From NCBI GenBank assembly GCA_963767005.1, contig CAVYCN010000010.1, positions 100,059 through 164,058 on the forward strand: a stretch of 64,000 bases of DNA. Direction: 5' to 3'. The translations under genes and the position numbers were made by a program. The notes beneath the pieces were generated by a model. It was not told the DNA's origin. It saw nothing but the letters and a program-made list of their open reading frames with translations, and did not search any database. Within the stretch, counting starts at the first letter, position 1. The number at the start of each line of letters is the position of its first letter. This DNA comes from an uncultured Actinomycetes bacterium. Its GTDB lineage: Bacteria > Actinomycetota > Thermoleophilia > UBA2241. Below, piece by piece: positions 11,397-21,447 of the stretch.

Positions 11397-12302
11397 TCAA
11401 GTCTCGCCGGCGTCGACGGTCCGCTCGGTCGCGCCGGGCCGGCCGCTCGCCGGGTGCCGCGAGGTGCCGAGCAGCGAGCCGCCCAGGATCAGCGGCAGGG
11501 CGATGACGATCCCCGCGCCGAGACGCTCGTGCAGGAACACCACGCCGAGGAACACGGCGACCAGGGGGTTGACGTAGGTGATGACGGTGGCGCGTCCCGG
11601 TCCGACCTCGACGATCAGCGCGAAGAAGAGGATGAAGGCCAGGGCGGTGCAGACCAGGGCGAGCGTGGCCACCGCCGCGATCGTCTCGCCCGACACCGAC
11701 GAAGGCAGCTCGGCCAGGCCGAGTGGTGCGTAGAGCAGCGCGGTGATCACGAGCGAGGCGGCCACCACGGCGAGTCCCGGCAGGTCGGCCAGACGCCGGC
11801 TGATGATCAACGGCCCGGTGGCGTAGCCGAGCGCGACCACGAGGACCTCGGCGACGGCGATCGGGCCGGCTCCGCTCGTGCTGTCGAAGCCGACGAGCGC
11901 GGCGACGCCGACGAAGCCGAGCACGAGGCCGGCCAGGCGCCGGCGGCTCAGGCGCTCGGCGTCGCCGGCTAGGCGGTAGAGCACGGCCCCCATGAGCGGC
12001 ACGGTGGCGACCAGCAGCCCGGCGATCGAGCTCGACAGACGCTGTTCGGCGTGTGCCAGCAGCAGCCAGGGTACAGCGAGCTCGGCGATGGAGTAGGCGA
12101 ACACCCAGCGCCAGCGTCCGCGCAATGCCTCGCGGCCGCCGCGGCGCACGACGAAGGGCAGCATGAGCAGCGCGACGGGGGCGGTGCGGGCCAGCACCAG
12201 CGTGGCGGGCGGCAGCTCGCGTACGGCGATCCTGATCAGCAGGTAGGGGATGCCCCAGACCAGGCAGAGCGTGCCGAAGAGCAGCCAGCCCTTGCGCGAC
12301 AC
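11397..12302 (-). CDS. EamA/DMT family transporter
   Basis: About 10 TM segments, LVWGIPYLLIR, TYVNPLVAVFLG; GGAGG RBS. Confidence 0.9.
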   Translation of the reverse strand: MSRKGWLLFGTLCLVWGIPYLLIRIAVRELPPATLVLARTAPVALLMLPFVVRRGGREALRGRWRWVFAYSIAELAVPWLLLAHAEQRLSSSIAGLLVATVPLMGAVLYRLAGDAERLSRRRLAGLVLGFVGVAALVGFDSTSGAGPIAVAEVLVVALGYATGPLIISRRLADLPGLAVVAASLVITALLYAPLGLAELPSSVSGETIAAVATLALVCTALAFILFFALIVEVGPGRATVITYVNPLVAVFLGVVFLHERLGAGIVIALPLILGGSLLGTSRHPASGRPGATERTVDAGET

Positions 12303-12524
12303 GCGTCACCTCCGATGCTGGCCGGAAAGCCGCGGGCGCGGGGGCGGCCACCGGCGGACGGCCGAACGACGCCGCGACGGCGACGCCTGCACGGCGCGAC
12401 GGCCGCAGCGTAGCGGCGGGTCGTCCGAGAAGCAAACGGGCGACGGCCGGCCGGCGCCGGGCTCGTCTGGCGTTGCGCACTCCCGTAGACTACGAGGCGC
12501 GTAGGCGAGCGAGGGGATGGAGTC

Positions 12525-14618
12525 ATGCGAGCAGCGGCCAGGCACCGGCTGGTCATGGGCGGTCACGTCAGTGTCGTCATCATCGTCTCTCTGCTTGCCC
12601 TCGGCGGCACCGCCTGGGCGCTCGCCGGTTGGGTGACGCAGCCCTCGGGCATGAACACCGGCCTCGCCGCTGTCGCCCTATCCGGGTCGAGCGACGGCTG
12701 GGCCGTGGGCGCCGGCGGCGTCATCCTGCATACGACCGATGGTGGCAGCGCCTGGGCGGCCCAGACCTCCGGGCTGGGCAGCGACCTTGCGGGCGTCGCC
12801 TTCGCCGACGCCGCCGACGGCTGGGCCGTGGGCGCCGGCGGCGTCATCCTGCATACGACCGATGGTGGCAGCGCCTGGGCGGCCCAGACCTCCGGGCTGG
12901 GCAGCGACCTTGCGGGCGTCGCCTTCGCCGACGCCGCCGACGGCTGGGCCGTGGGCGCCGGCGGCGTCATCCTGCATACGACCGATGGTGGCAGCGCCTG
13001 GGCGGCCCAGACCTCCGGGCTGGGCAGCGACCTTGCGGGCGTCGCCTTCGCCGACGCCGCCGACGGCTGGGCCGTGGGCGCCGGCGGCGTCATCCTGCAT
13101 ACGACCGATGGTGGCAGCGCCTGGGCGGCCCAGACCTCCGGGCTGGGCAGCGACCTTGCGGGCGTCGCCTTCGCCGACGCCGCCGACGGCTGGGCCGTGG
13201 GCGCCGGCGGCGTCATCCTGCATACGACCGATGGTGGCAGCGCCTGGGCGGCCCAGACCTCCGGGCTGGGCAGCGACCTTGCGGGCGTCGCCTTCGCCGA
13301 CGCCGCCGACGGCTGGGCCGTGGGCGCCGGTGGCGTCATCCTGCATACGACCGATGGTGGCGCGAGCTGGACCTCGCAGACAGCGCCGGCCGGCACGACC
13401 GGCCTCGTCGCGGTGGCGGCGGTGAGCGCGCGACGGGCGAGCGCGGTCGGCGCGCAGGGGGCGATCTGCGCGACGGTGAGCAGCGGCGAGACCGATGCCA
13501 CGCCGCCGACGACCGTCGCGACGGGGCTCGAGACCGACGCCCACAGCGGCTGGCGCGACACCGCGGCGACCGTGTCCCTGGCCGCCACCGACACCGGCTC
13601 AGGCGTCGCCGCCACCTACGTCAGCGTCGACGGCGTCACGGCCAGGGCCTACGCGGCGCCCTTCACGATCTCGGCAGCCGGGTCGCATACCGTCGCGTAC
13701 TGGTCGGTCGACGGCGCCGGCAACGTCGAGGCCCGCCAGACCGGCTACGTGAACATCGACAAGGGTCGCCCTACGTGCCTCGCGATCTCTCGCGTCGACA
13801 CGCGGCCCGACACGACCGTGAGCTTCGTCTTTCGGGTCAACGACCCGCTGCCGAGCTGCGGCAAGGCCGACGTGAAGATCGTGGTCAAGCGCGGCGGCAA
13901 GGTGCTCCAGACGATCACCCTGGCCGCTCTGCGCGTCAACGTGCGGCATACCTACAGCGAGCATCTGCACCTGGGCTACGGCGCCTACACGTGGGTCGTG
14001 ACCGCGACCGACCTGGCCGGCAACGCCCAGCGCAGGGCCGGCAGCAACGCGCTACGCATCGTGTTGTGGCCGATCCACACCACGGCCGACGTGCAGCGCT
14101 GCCTCGTACACCTCAAGTACCTGCCGTCCGGCGCGGTCAGCGGTCGGCTCGACTACCGCACCGAGCAGGCGCTCACGGCCTTCCAGGCCTGGACCGGGCT
14201 CGTCCGCGACGGGATCGACGGCGTGAAGACGCGCAACGCGCTCGAGATGGCGAGATCGCCGCAGCCCCGGCGCGAGTCGGCGAGCGGCCACTACGCCGAA
14301 GTGTTCCGCAGCCTGGGTGTGCTGATCTGCGTGAACGACGGCAAGCTCGTCCGGGTCGTGCACTGCTCGACCGGCCGTCCCAGCCTGCCGACGCCTGCCG
14401 GGCGCTTCAGCATCTTCGTGAAGTCGCTCGACTGGTGGTCGACCGCCTACGGCGACTGGATGCCGTTCGCGAGCTTCTTCTCGGGCGGCGATGCCATCCA
14501 CGGCTTCCCCTACGTGCCCGCCTATCCGGCGTCGCACGGCTGCGTGCGCATCTCGATGCCCGAGGCGCCGTGGGTCTACACGTTCATGTACTACGGCGCG
14601 GCCGTCTTCGTCTACTGA
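12525..14618 (+). CDS. Secreted L,D-transpeptidase with Ycf48/BNR-like beta-propeller repeats, Ig-like and PG-binding domains
   Basis: Signal peptide; GWAVGAGGVILHTTDGG repeats; YWSVDGAGNVE Ig-like module; AFQAWTGLVRDGIDG PG-binding; AIHG...ASHGCVR YkuD active site. Confidence 0.85.
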   Translation: MRAAARHRLVMGGHVSVVIIVSLLALGGTAWALAGWVTQPSGMNTGLAAVALSGSSDGWAVGAGGVILHTTDGGSAWAAQTSGLGSDLAGVAFADAADGWAVGAGGVILHTTDGGSAWAAQTSGLGSDLAGVAFADAADGWAVGAGGVILHTTDGGSAWAAQTSGLGSDLAGVAFADAADGWAVGAGGVILHTTDGGSAWAAQTSGLGSDLAGVAFADAADGWAVGAGGVILHTTDGGSAWAAQTSGLGSDLAGVAFADAADGWAVGAGGVILHTTDGGASWTSQTAPAGTTGLVAVAAVSARRASAVGAQGAICATVSSGETDATPPTTVATGLETDAHSGWRDTAATVSLAATDTGSGVAATYVSVDGVTARAYAAPFTISAAGSHTVAYWSVDGAGNVEARQTGYVNIDKGRPTCLAISRVDTRPDTTVSFVFRVNDPLPSCGKADVKIVVKRGGKVLQTITLAALRVNVRHTYSEHLHLGYGAYTWVVTATDLAGNAQRRAGSNALRIVLWPIHTTADVQRCLVHLKYLPSGAVSGRLDYRTEQALTAFQAWTGLVRDGIDGVKTRNALEMARSPQPRRESASGHYAEVFRSLGVLICVNDGKLVRVVHCSTGRPSLPTPAGRFSIFVKSLDWWSTAYGDWMPFASFFSGGDAIHGFPYVPAYPASHGCVRISMPEAPWVYTFMYYGAAVFVY
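12693..13361 (+). repeat. Intragenic tandem repeat: 5 full 123-bp units plus a 54-bp partial unit
   Basis: Units start at 12693, 12816, 12939, 13062, 13185 and 13308 and are essentially identical at DNA level (41-aa unit). Confidence 0.95.
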
Positions 14619-14654
14619 CGCGTCCCGGCTACGCGAGGGTGCAGGCGGCGCCGG

Positions 14655-14975
14655 TCAGGCGACCCGCCGCAGCTCGCGTTCACGCGTGACGAGCGGTACC
14701 GCCGGGCGACCATGGCGCGAGGGAGCCGCGACCCAGGTGGGCTTGTCGGGCACGCGCGCGAGGCATGTCGCGCAGAGCGCGATGTCGCGTTCGAAGCGGC
14801 GCACGTGGGCGACCGGCTCGCCCATCACTATGGTCCGTCCGCAGCGGTCGCATGCCTCGACCGCCCAGCGAGCGGCGAATGCCACCCCCTCGTCGCGTCC
14901 TGCCCGGGTCGCGCCGCCCTTGCGGCGTGTGGACCGTTGCTGGACGTTCGACGGATATCCCCGACCACTACTCAT
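14655..14975 (-). CDS. Small hypothetical protein with CxxC...CxxC (possible Zn ribbon)
   Basis: GAGAGAGG RBS before ATG 14975; CDRC and CATC. Confidence 0.5.
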   Translation of the reverse strand: MSSGRGYPSNVQQRSTRRKGGATRAGRDEGVAFAARWAVEACDRCGRTIVMGEPVAHVRRFERDIALCATCLARVPDKPTWVAAPSRHGRPAVPLVTRERELRRVA

Positions 14976-15066
14976 GACGCCCTCTCTCCCCGTCCCCGCG
15001 CATCCCTCCGGCGGGCTGTGATCGCCTGATTCCCAGCGGCGCGCCGGCAGTAACGCGGAATCGGCG

Positions 15067-16533
15067 CTAGCGTCGCGGGCCGCCGCCGGTCCCGGCGGCG
15101 GCCCGCGACGGCCGATCGTCGCGGCACATCCCAGGGGCATCGATCGGGCATGAGTAGCGCAGGCTCTCCTGGACCGCGGCCGGGGACGCCGGCGCGCGAC
15201 GGATGGTGATCGCCGACACCACGCCGCCGAGCGCGCAGGCGCCCCCGGTCAGCCACATCGCCAGGCGAAAGCCGGCGCCGAAGCTCGCCGGATGCAGGTA
15301 GCTCGAGGCCGCCAGTCCGGCCGCGGCCGGCACCACGGCCACGGCGATCAGCCCGGCGGCCCGGGCGACGGCGTTGTTGACCGCCGACGCGAGGCCGGCG
15401 TGCTCGACCGGAGCGGCGGCCAGCACGGTCGCCGTGAGCGGCGACACGGTGAGGGCCAGGCCGAGGGAGAACACGACAATGGCCGGCAGGAAGACGCTCG
15501 CGTACGAGGTGCCGGCCTGCACACGCGAGAGCGCGGCGAGGCCGGCGCCGGCGACGATCGGTCCCAGGGTCATGGGCAGGCGTGGGCCGATCCGCTGGGA
15601 CAGTTTGCCGGCCTGGGGCGACAGCACGAGCATCACCAGCGTGATGGGCAACAGGGCGGTGCCGGCCTCGAAAGGGGAGTACCCGAGCACCTGCTGGAGC
15701 TGGATCGGGATGAGGAACAGCGCGCCGCCGAGGGCGCCGTAGACCGCGAAGGTCGCGAGGTTGGCGCCGCTGAACTGGCGGGCGCGGAAGATGCCGAGCG
15801 GCAGCATCGGCTGCGCGGTGCGGCGCTCGACGAGCACGAACACGAGGGTCGCGACGATGGCGACCGCCAGGGCAGCCACGACGCGGCCCGCCGACCAGCC
15901 GGCGGCGGTCCCCTCGATCAAGCCGTAGATCAGCGCGCCGAGGCCCACGGTGGCAAGAGCGGCGCCGGGCGCGTCGAGCCGGCCGGCCGTCGGGTCGCGC
16001 GTCTCCGGCACGTGACGCAGGGCGATCCAGACGACCGCGACGACGAGCGGCAGGTTGATCAGGAAGATGAGCCGCCACGACACGGCCTGGATGAGGTAGC
16101 CGCCCACGAACGGCCCGACCGCGGTCGCGACGCCGGCGAGGCCCGACCAGGCGCCGATCGCCTGGGCGCGGTCACGCGGGTCGAAGGTCGCCTGCAGGAT
16201 CGCGAGGCTTTCGGGCGTGAGCAGGGCCGCGCCGACGCCCTGCAGGGCTCGCGCGAGGATGAGGACGGCCGGGCTCGGCGCGAGGCCGCAGGCCGCCGAG
16301 GCGAGGGCGAACCACACGACGCCGATCACGAAGCCGCGGCGGCGACCGTACCGGTCGCCGATCGAGCCGCCGACGAGGATGAACGAGGCGAGCGTCAGGG
16401 TGTACGCGGTCACCGTCCACTGCAGGGTGGTGAGGCCGCTGTGGAAGGTGCGCCCGATCGCCGGCAGCGCCACGTTGACGACCGTGCCGTCGAGCATCAC
16501 GATGCCGGCGCCCAGGACCGCGGCCGCGACCAC
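15067..16533 (-). CDS. DHA2 (EmrB/QacA-like) 14-TM MFS transporter
   Basis: MLDGTVVNVALPAI, GGSIGDRYGRRR, WRLIFLINLP; the true start is probably upstream (about 16590). Confidence 0.92.
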   Translation of the reverse strand: MVAAAVLGAGIVMLDGTVVNVALPAIGRTFHSGLTTLQWTVTAYTLTLASFILVGGSIGDRYGRRRGFVIGVVWFALASAACGLAPSPAVLILARALQGVGAALLTPESLAILQATFDPRDRAQAIGAWSGLAGVATAVGPFVGGYLIQAVSWRLIFLINLPLVVAVVWIALRHVPETRDPTAGRLDAPGAALATVGLGALIYGLIEGTAAGWSAGRVVAALAVAIVATLVFVLVERRTAQPMLPLGIFRARQFSGANLATFAVYGALGGALFLIPIQLQQVLGYSPFEAGTALLPITLVMLVLSPQAGKLSQRIGPRLPMTLGPIVAGAGLAALSRVQAGTSYASVFLPAIVVFSLGLALTVSPLTATVLAAAPVEHAGLASAVNNAVARAAGLIAVAVVPAAAGLAASSYLHPASFGAGFRLAMWLTGGACALGGVVSAITIRRAPASPAAVQESLRYSCPIDAPGMCRDDRPSRAAAGTGGGPRR

Positions 16534-16603
16534 CCAGCGGCCCTGCGCGCTGTGGAGCCGCAGGCCGGCGGAGCGTGTCTCGCGCTCGATCGGTCTGCCG
16601 CGC

Positions 16604-16819
16604 TCAGGCTGCGTCGCGGCCCTCGGCGAGCGGGTCGAGTCCGAGATGACGGCGGACCGTCACGGCGAGCGCCGCGAGGCGCTCGTCGCAGACGGCGAGC
16701 TCGTCGATCACATCGCCGGGCAGCTCCAGCAGGAGCATACCAGCCACCAGGGCGCGGCAGCCCTCGACGTCCTCGAGGATCTGGGCGAGCAGATACGTGT
16801 GGTTGTCGTTGAGACTCAC
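16604..16819 (-). CDS. Small hypothetical protein (71 aa)
   Basis: Compact helical-looking ORF with host-like codon use, co-oriented upstream of the MFS gene. Confidence 0.45.
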   Translation of the reverse strand: MSLNDNHTYLLAQILEDVEGCRALVAGMLLLELPGDVIDELAVCDERLAALAVTVRRHLGLDPLAEGRDAA

Positions 16820-16980
16820 AGAAGCACCAACGCCGATGCGAGCTTTCCGGAGTCGCCGGTCGACGGTCCTCAGCCGATCGCCGGCCGGCTACGGTCTCTT
16901 CTTCGCAATACCCCGGCGCCGCGCGGGATAGCCCATTAGCGTGGCGGTCGTCGCCCCGGCTGCGGCGGTCGTCGCCCCGG

Positions 16981-18015
16981 CTACGGCGTGGCGAGATCGG
17001 GCAGCGCGTCGGTGAGCGAGCCCAGGCCCGCCGTCAGGGCCTCTGAGAGCCGGTCGTCGATCTCGCCGGTGGTCGCGTCGACCGCGACCACCCGGCGGGC
17101 GGCGCCCTGCCGCAGCACGGCGGCGTAGACGGGCAGGTGGCAGGCGACGGTCTCGTCGATCGTGAGGGAGTCGGCCGGCAGCGGCAGGCCGAGCTCCTCG
17201 GCGGCGAGCTCCCAGCGCCGGCGGGTGGCCTCGCGCGTCACGGTCCGCCAGCGCGCGAACGTGGTCTCGATCTCGCGGCGCAGCGCCGCCGGCCTGACGC
17301 GGGTGGGCAGGCGATGGGCGCCGAGCACGACCTCGCCGGGACGGGGGTCGTCGGCGTAGCTTGCCAGCAAACGTCCGTCGAGCGCCTCGTAGAGGTTATA
17401 GACGGACGAGTGCCGGGCGTGGCGGCGCAGGCGGCCTTGCTCACGCGTGCAGCCCAGCGTGAGCAGCAGGCAGGGCAGCCACAGCAGGTCGAACCACAGG
17501 ACCTCCTCGGCGCCGAGGCCGAGCACGCCCTTGCCGCGGCGGCGCTCCGCGAGGCGGGCGGCGCGCTCGGGGGCGACGGTGACGGCGAAGCCGAGCGCCG
17601 CCGCCCCCGAGCGCGCCGCCCCGAGCTGGGCGAGGCGCGCCCGGCCGAGACGCCGCTCGAGCTCGTCCGGTCCCCAGACCTCGACGCCGAGCTCGCTCGC
17701 CGACAGCCCGGCGCCGTCGGTCGCGCCGCTCAGGGCGACGACGATCGTCTTGTCGGCGCCGACGTCGGCGCTCACGAAGGCCGCCTTGGCCAGCACCTGC
17801 TTGTCGACCGGATGGCCCCAGGCCTTGCACTCCACGACGAGGGAGAAGGACGTGAGGCCGTCGTTCTTCTCGGCGTAGACGTCGATCTCGTGCCGCGCGC
17901 CGGAGCGCCCGGTGAGCACGACGTTGCGGCGGGCGGCATAGCCGCCCGCCGCCAGCGCCTCGGCCACCTCGGCCTCGAGGCGCCGACCCTTCTCTGACTC
18001 ACGCTCGTCGGACAC
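16981..18015 (-). CDS. Mrr-like PD-(D/E)XK restriction endonuclease domain protein
   Basis: GRRLEAEVAEAL...GRSGARHEIDVYAE...VVECKAW; start taken at GTG 18015. Confidence 0.75.
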   Translation of the reverse strand: MSDERESEKGRRLEAEVAEALAAGGYAARRNVVLTGRSGARHEIDVYAEKNDGLTSFSLVVECKAWGHPVDKQVLAKAAFVSADVGADKTIVVALSGATDGAGLSASELGVEVWGPDELERRLGRARLAQLGAARSGAAALGFAVTVAPERAARLAERRRGKGVLGLGAEEVLWFDLLWLPCLLLTLGCTREQGRLRRHARHSSVYNLYEALDGRLLASYADDPRPGEVVLGAHRLPTRVRPAALRREIETTFARWRTVTREATRRRWELAAEELGLPLPADSLTIDETVACHLPVYAAVLRQGAARRVVAVDATTGEIDDRLSEALTAGLGSLTDALPDLATP

Positions 18016-18181
18016 AGTCGCTCGATGAGAGGGGCAGCGGCCGGTCTCGCGGTCGTCCCGGATGGAGCGCCGCCCTCGGTCTCGCCTCAGAGTTCGACAT
18101 CGCCGGAGTCTTTCTTGCCGCCGCCGGCGCTGTAGACTTGGCGACGGCTCGAGCCAAAACGACTGGTAGCGGAGGGAGCAC

Positions 18182-18790
18182 ATGAGCCTGGCCAAGCGAC
18201 TCGACGCGCTGCGCGAGCGGGCGCAGCGCGACGTCATCAACTACGACGACGATGCGCTGCTGTCGTCTCGTGCGACGGCGATCCCGGGCGAGGTGGCCGA
18301 CCGGCACTACCTCGCCCCCGTGCGCCTGCGCGGCGTGATGTTCGACACGCCCCGGTCGGTGCTCATGGGCGTGGCCGGCGAGCCCGGCCTCGAGGCGCCC
18401 GGCGGCCAGCCGGTCGTGGTCCGCGGCACCCGCGTGAACCTGTACGTGACGGTCGACGGCGTCTCGTCGCTCGCCTTCCTGCACGAAGAGGACGAAGACT
18501 TCGCGCAGGCCCACATCGAGGTCGAACCCGAAGAGCGGCGCCTGGTCGTCCGTTACCTCGCCGAGCACCCCGACGCCGCCCAGGCCAACCAGTTCTTCGA
18601 GCGCAGCGTCAAGTACATCGAGGCCGAGGTGAAGCGCGCCAACGAGGTGGTGCGGGAGTTCAACGACGGCCTCGTGCCGGCCCTGACCGACGCGCTCGAA
18701 CGGGCCTGTAAGTGGGCCAAGGAGCGCCGCGACTTCGCGAACAAGCTCACGCCGCCGCGCCTCCAGGAGGGCATCTGGTCGCGGGGCTGA
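18182..18790 (+). CDS. Hypothetical protein (202 aa)
   Basis: GGAGGGAG RBS and strong host-like GC3 codon bias. Confidence 0.75.
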   Translation: MSLAKRLDALRERAQRDVINYDDDALLSSRATAIPGEVADRHYLAPVRLRGVMFDTPRSVLMGVAGEPGLEAPGGQPVVVRGTRVNLYVTVDGVSSLAFLHEEDEDFAQAHIEVEPEERRLVVRYLAEHPDAAQANQFFERSVKYIEAEVKRANEVVREFNDGLVPALTDALERACKWAKERRDFANKLTPPRLQEGIWSRG

Positions 18791-18941
18791 CGGGAGCCCG
18801 CAGACACCGGCGCCGCGCCGCGCCGCTCTTCTCCGTGCGAGGCCGTTAACCGAACGCCGGTTTCGGCCGATGTAGGGACCGTGGGTGACGGACCGCCCGC
18901 GCGACGGCGACGGCCCGGCCGGGTCTGCGTGAGGAGAGCGA

Positions 18942-20210
18942 GTGCTCCTGCAGGGAAATCTCAAGGAATTCAGCCTTCCGAACGTCCTTCAGCTCGTCAA
19001 GATGAGCGCCAAGACCGGCGCCCTGTCGATCACGCGGCAGGGCGAGTCGGGCAAGATCTTCTTCCGCGCGGGCCAGGTCTACTTTGCGACGGCCGATCCG
19101 GGCACAATGCCGCTCGGCGAGCGCCTCGTGAAATCCGGCCATCTCACGAACAAGCAACTGCGTACCGCGCTCAGCGAGCAGAAGAAGCAGGCGGCCAAGG
19201 GGCGGATCGGGGCCATCCTTCTCGAGCACGGCTACATCGACCGGCCCACGCTCGAGCAGGCCGTGCGCGACCAGATCGAAGACGTCACCTTCAACTTCTT
19301 CAGCTGGACCGACGGCGACTTCATGTTCGAGGCCGACGAGGCCGTGACCGACGAAGACATCTTCGTCGAGATGAACGTCGAATCGGTCATCATGGAGGGC
19401 TGCCGGCGCATCGACGAGTGGGAGCTGATCTTCGCGACGCTCGGCTCGCTCGAGCGCGTGCCGCACCTTGCCTACGACGAGCGGGTCGAGAAGGACGGCG
19501 GCGTCGAGCTCACCGCCGACCAGTGGCGCGTCGCCTGCCTGGTCGACGGACGCCACGACATCAACACGGTGCTCACCGAGTGCGGCCTCGACCGTTTCAA
19601 CGGCGCCAAGATCATCTACGAGCTGCACCAGTCGGGGCTGGTCGCCGTCGAGGACTCGGCCATCGAGGAGATCGGCCGCAGCCGCACCATCATGGTGCGC
19701 GGCCCGATCGACGTGTACAACCAGGTCTTCATCAACACGCTGGCCGACAGCAACGTGACCGAGCATCTGCGCGTCGAGCTCGTCAACGACCGCGAGGTCG
19801 AGGTGCCGATGTTCGCCGCGAGCTACGCCGGCAACGGTGCGGGGCACAGCGACGGGTCGCCTGCCGGCGACGGCGACACGCTGGTCGTGACGGCGACCGT
19901 GAGCTCGCCTGAAGAGATCTGGCGGCGCTTCGCCGAGCAGAGCGCCGCCTTCATCGTGCTCGCCAACGCCAACTCGATCGACAGCCTCAAGGCGTCGGTG
20001 CGCGACCTGGGCTTCGTGCGCAAGCTCGGCGAGATGCCGATCGTGGTCGCCACCTACGTGTCGATGGAAGAGGACTTGCTCGAGGCCAGTACCGTGGCCA
20101 AGACCCTGGGCCTCGCCGATACCATCCCCGTGCTGTCCTGCGTCCTGCGCGACCGGGCTTCGGTCGAGGCCGTCGTGCACCGCGCGATCGAGCTCACCGC
20201 CGGCGGCTGA
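18942..20210 (+). CDS. DUF4388 (PatA-N-like) protein with a C-terminal degenerate small-GTPase-like domain
   Basis: LQGNLKEFSLPNVLQLVKMSAKTGALSI, LGERLV, FSWTDGDFMF, IMEGCRRIDEW; GAGGAG RBS. Confidence 0.8.
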   Translation: MLLQGNLKEFSLPNVLQLVKMSAKTGALSITRQGESGKIFFRAGQVYFATADPGTMPLGERLVKSGHLTNKQLRTALSEQKKQAAKGRIGAILLEHGYIDRPTLEQAVRDQIEDVTFNFFSWTDGDFMFEADEAVTDEDIFVEMNVESVIMEGCRRIDEWELIFATLGSLERVPHLAYDERVEKDGGVELTADQWRVACLVDGRHDINTVLTECGLDRFNGAKIIYELHQSGLVAVEDSAIEEIGRSRTIMVRGPIDVYNQVFINTLADSNVTEHLRVELVNDREVEVPMFAASYAGNGAGHSDGSPAGDGDTLVVTATVSSPEEIWRRFAEQSAAFIVLANANSIDSLKASVRDLGFVRKLGEMPIVVATYVSMEEDLLEASTVAKTLGLADTIPVLSCVLRDRASVEAVVHRAIELTAGG

Positions 20211-20359
20211 CCGCGGCCCGGGTCTGCACCCTGCGACCGGCGCACCAGGCAGAGCCGGTGCCCCCCGCGACATCGGCGGCGGTCTTGTCAGCGCGCGCCG
20301 GCGGGGAATAGATTCCTGGCAGCCCCGACCGGGCCTCGCCTATGGAAGGACCTGATCAC

Positions 20360-21343
20360 ATGTACTACCCCGCCTACCGCATGCGGCGTCTGCGGCGTAC
20401 GCCCACGATCCGGCGCATGATGCGCGAGACCGCGCTGTCCCCCGACGACCTCATCTACCCGTTGTTCGTGACGCACGGCGAGAACGTCAAGCGGGCGATC
20501 CCCTCGATGCCCGGCTGCGAGCAGCTCTCAATCGGCAACCTCCTGCCCGAGGTGCGCGAGATCAGCAAGCTCGGCATTCCCGCCGTCCTGCTGTTCGGCA
20601 TCCCCTCGCACAAGGACTCGGCGGCGAGTAGCGCCTACGATCCCGAGGGCGTGGTGCAGCTCGCCATCAGGGCGATCAAGGACGAGGTCCCCGACCTCGT
20701 CGTCATGACCGACGTCTGCCTGTGCGAGTACATGGACCATGGCCACTGCGGTGTCGTGCAGAACGGCGAGATCGCGAACGACGTCACTCTCGAGCTGCTC
20801 GCCAAGATGGCGGTCAGCCACGTCGAGGCCGGCGCCGACGTCGTGGCGCCGTCCGACATGATGGACGGCCGCGTCGCGGCCATCCGCGCCGCGCTCGACG
20901 ACGAGGGCTACACCGACGCCATCATCATGGCCTACTCGGCGAAGTTCGCGTCGGCCTTCTACGGTCCGTTCCGCGACGCCGCCGAGTCGCCGCCCCTGTT
21001 CGGCGACCGCAAGACCTATCAGATGGACATCGCCAACGGCGAAGAGGCCGTGCGCGAGGCCCTGCTCGACATCGAAGAGGGCGCCGACATCGTCATGGTC
21101 AAGCCGGCGCTCTCCTACCTGGACGTCGTCAAGATGGTGAAGCAGGAGACCAAGTTCCCGCTCGCCGCCTACAACGTGAGTGGCGAGTACGCGATGATCA
21201 AGGCGGCCGCCAAGAACGGCTGGCTCGACGAGCGCGCCTGCGTCATGGAGGCGCTGACGTCGATCAAGCGGGCCGGCGCCGACCTCATCATCACCTATCA
21301 CGCCAAGGACGCCGTGCGCTGGATGGCAGAGGAGGAGTTCTAG
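20360..21343 (+). CDS. hemB: Porphobilinogen synthase (ALA dehydratase)
   Basis: [64 protein letters not shown]. Confidence 0.97.
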   Translation: MYYPAYRMRRLRRTPTIRRMMRETALSPDDLIYPLFVTHGENVKRAIPSMPGCEQLSIGNLLPEVREISKLGIPAVLLFGIPSHKDSAASSAYDPEGVVQLAIRAIKDEVPDLVVMTDVCLCEYMDHGHCGVVQNGEIANDVTLELLAKMAVSHVEAGADVVAPSDMMDGRVAAIRAALDDEGYTDAIIMAYSAKFASAFYGPFRDAAESPPLFGDRKTYQMDIANGEEAVREALLDIEEGADIVMVKPALSYLDVVKMVKQETKFPLAAYNVSGEYAMIKAAAKNGWLDERACVMEALTSIKRAGADLIITYHAKDAVRWMAEEEF

Positions 21344-21377
21344 GCGCGGAAGAGAGCGGCCTGGCGCGGCGTGGCCC

Positions 21378-21430
21378 GCGGGCGACGGGGGCGGGCAACG
21401 GCCGCGCCGTTGCCCGCCCCCGTCGCCCGC
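21378..21430. terminator. 25-bp perfect inverted repeat (3-nt loop) between hemB and the radical SAM gene
   Basis: gcgggcgacgggggcgggcaacggc-cgc-gccgttgcccgcccccgtcgcccgc; no U-tract. Confidence 0.6.
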
Positions 21431-21447
21431 TCCATACTCCCCTTCGG

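Noticed and set aside
12400-12520. Possible riboswitch or MITE upstream of the L,D-transpeptidase
   Set aside because: I could not match c-di-GMP, c-di-AMP or other aptamer consensus, nor find terminal inverted repeats.
12693-13361. Tandem array considered as a CRISPR array
   Set aside because: Units are contiguous 123-bp in-frame coding repeats with no unique spacers, and no cas genes are present.
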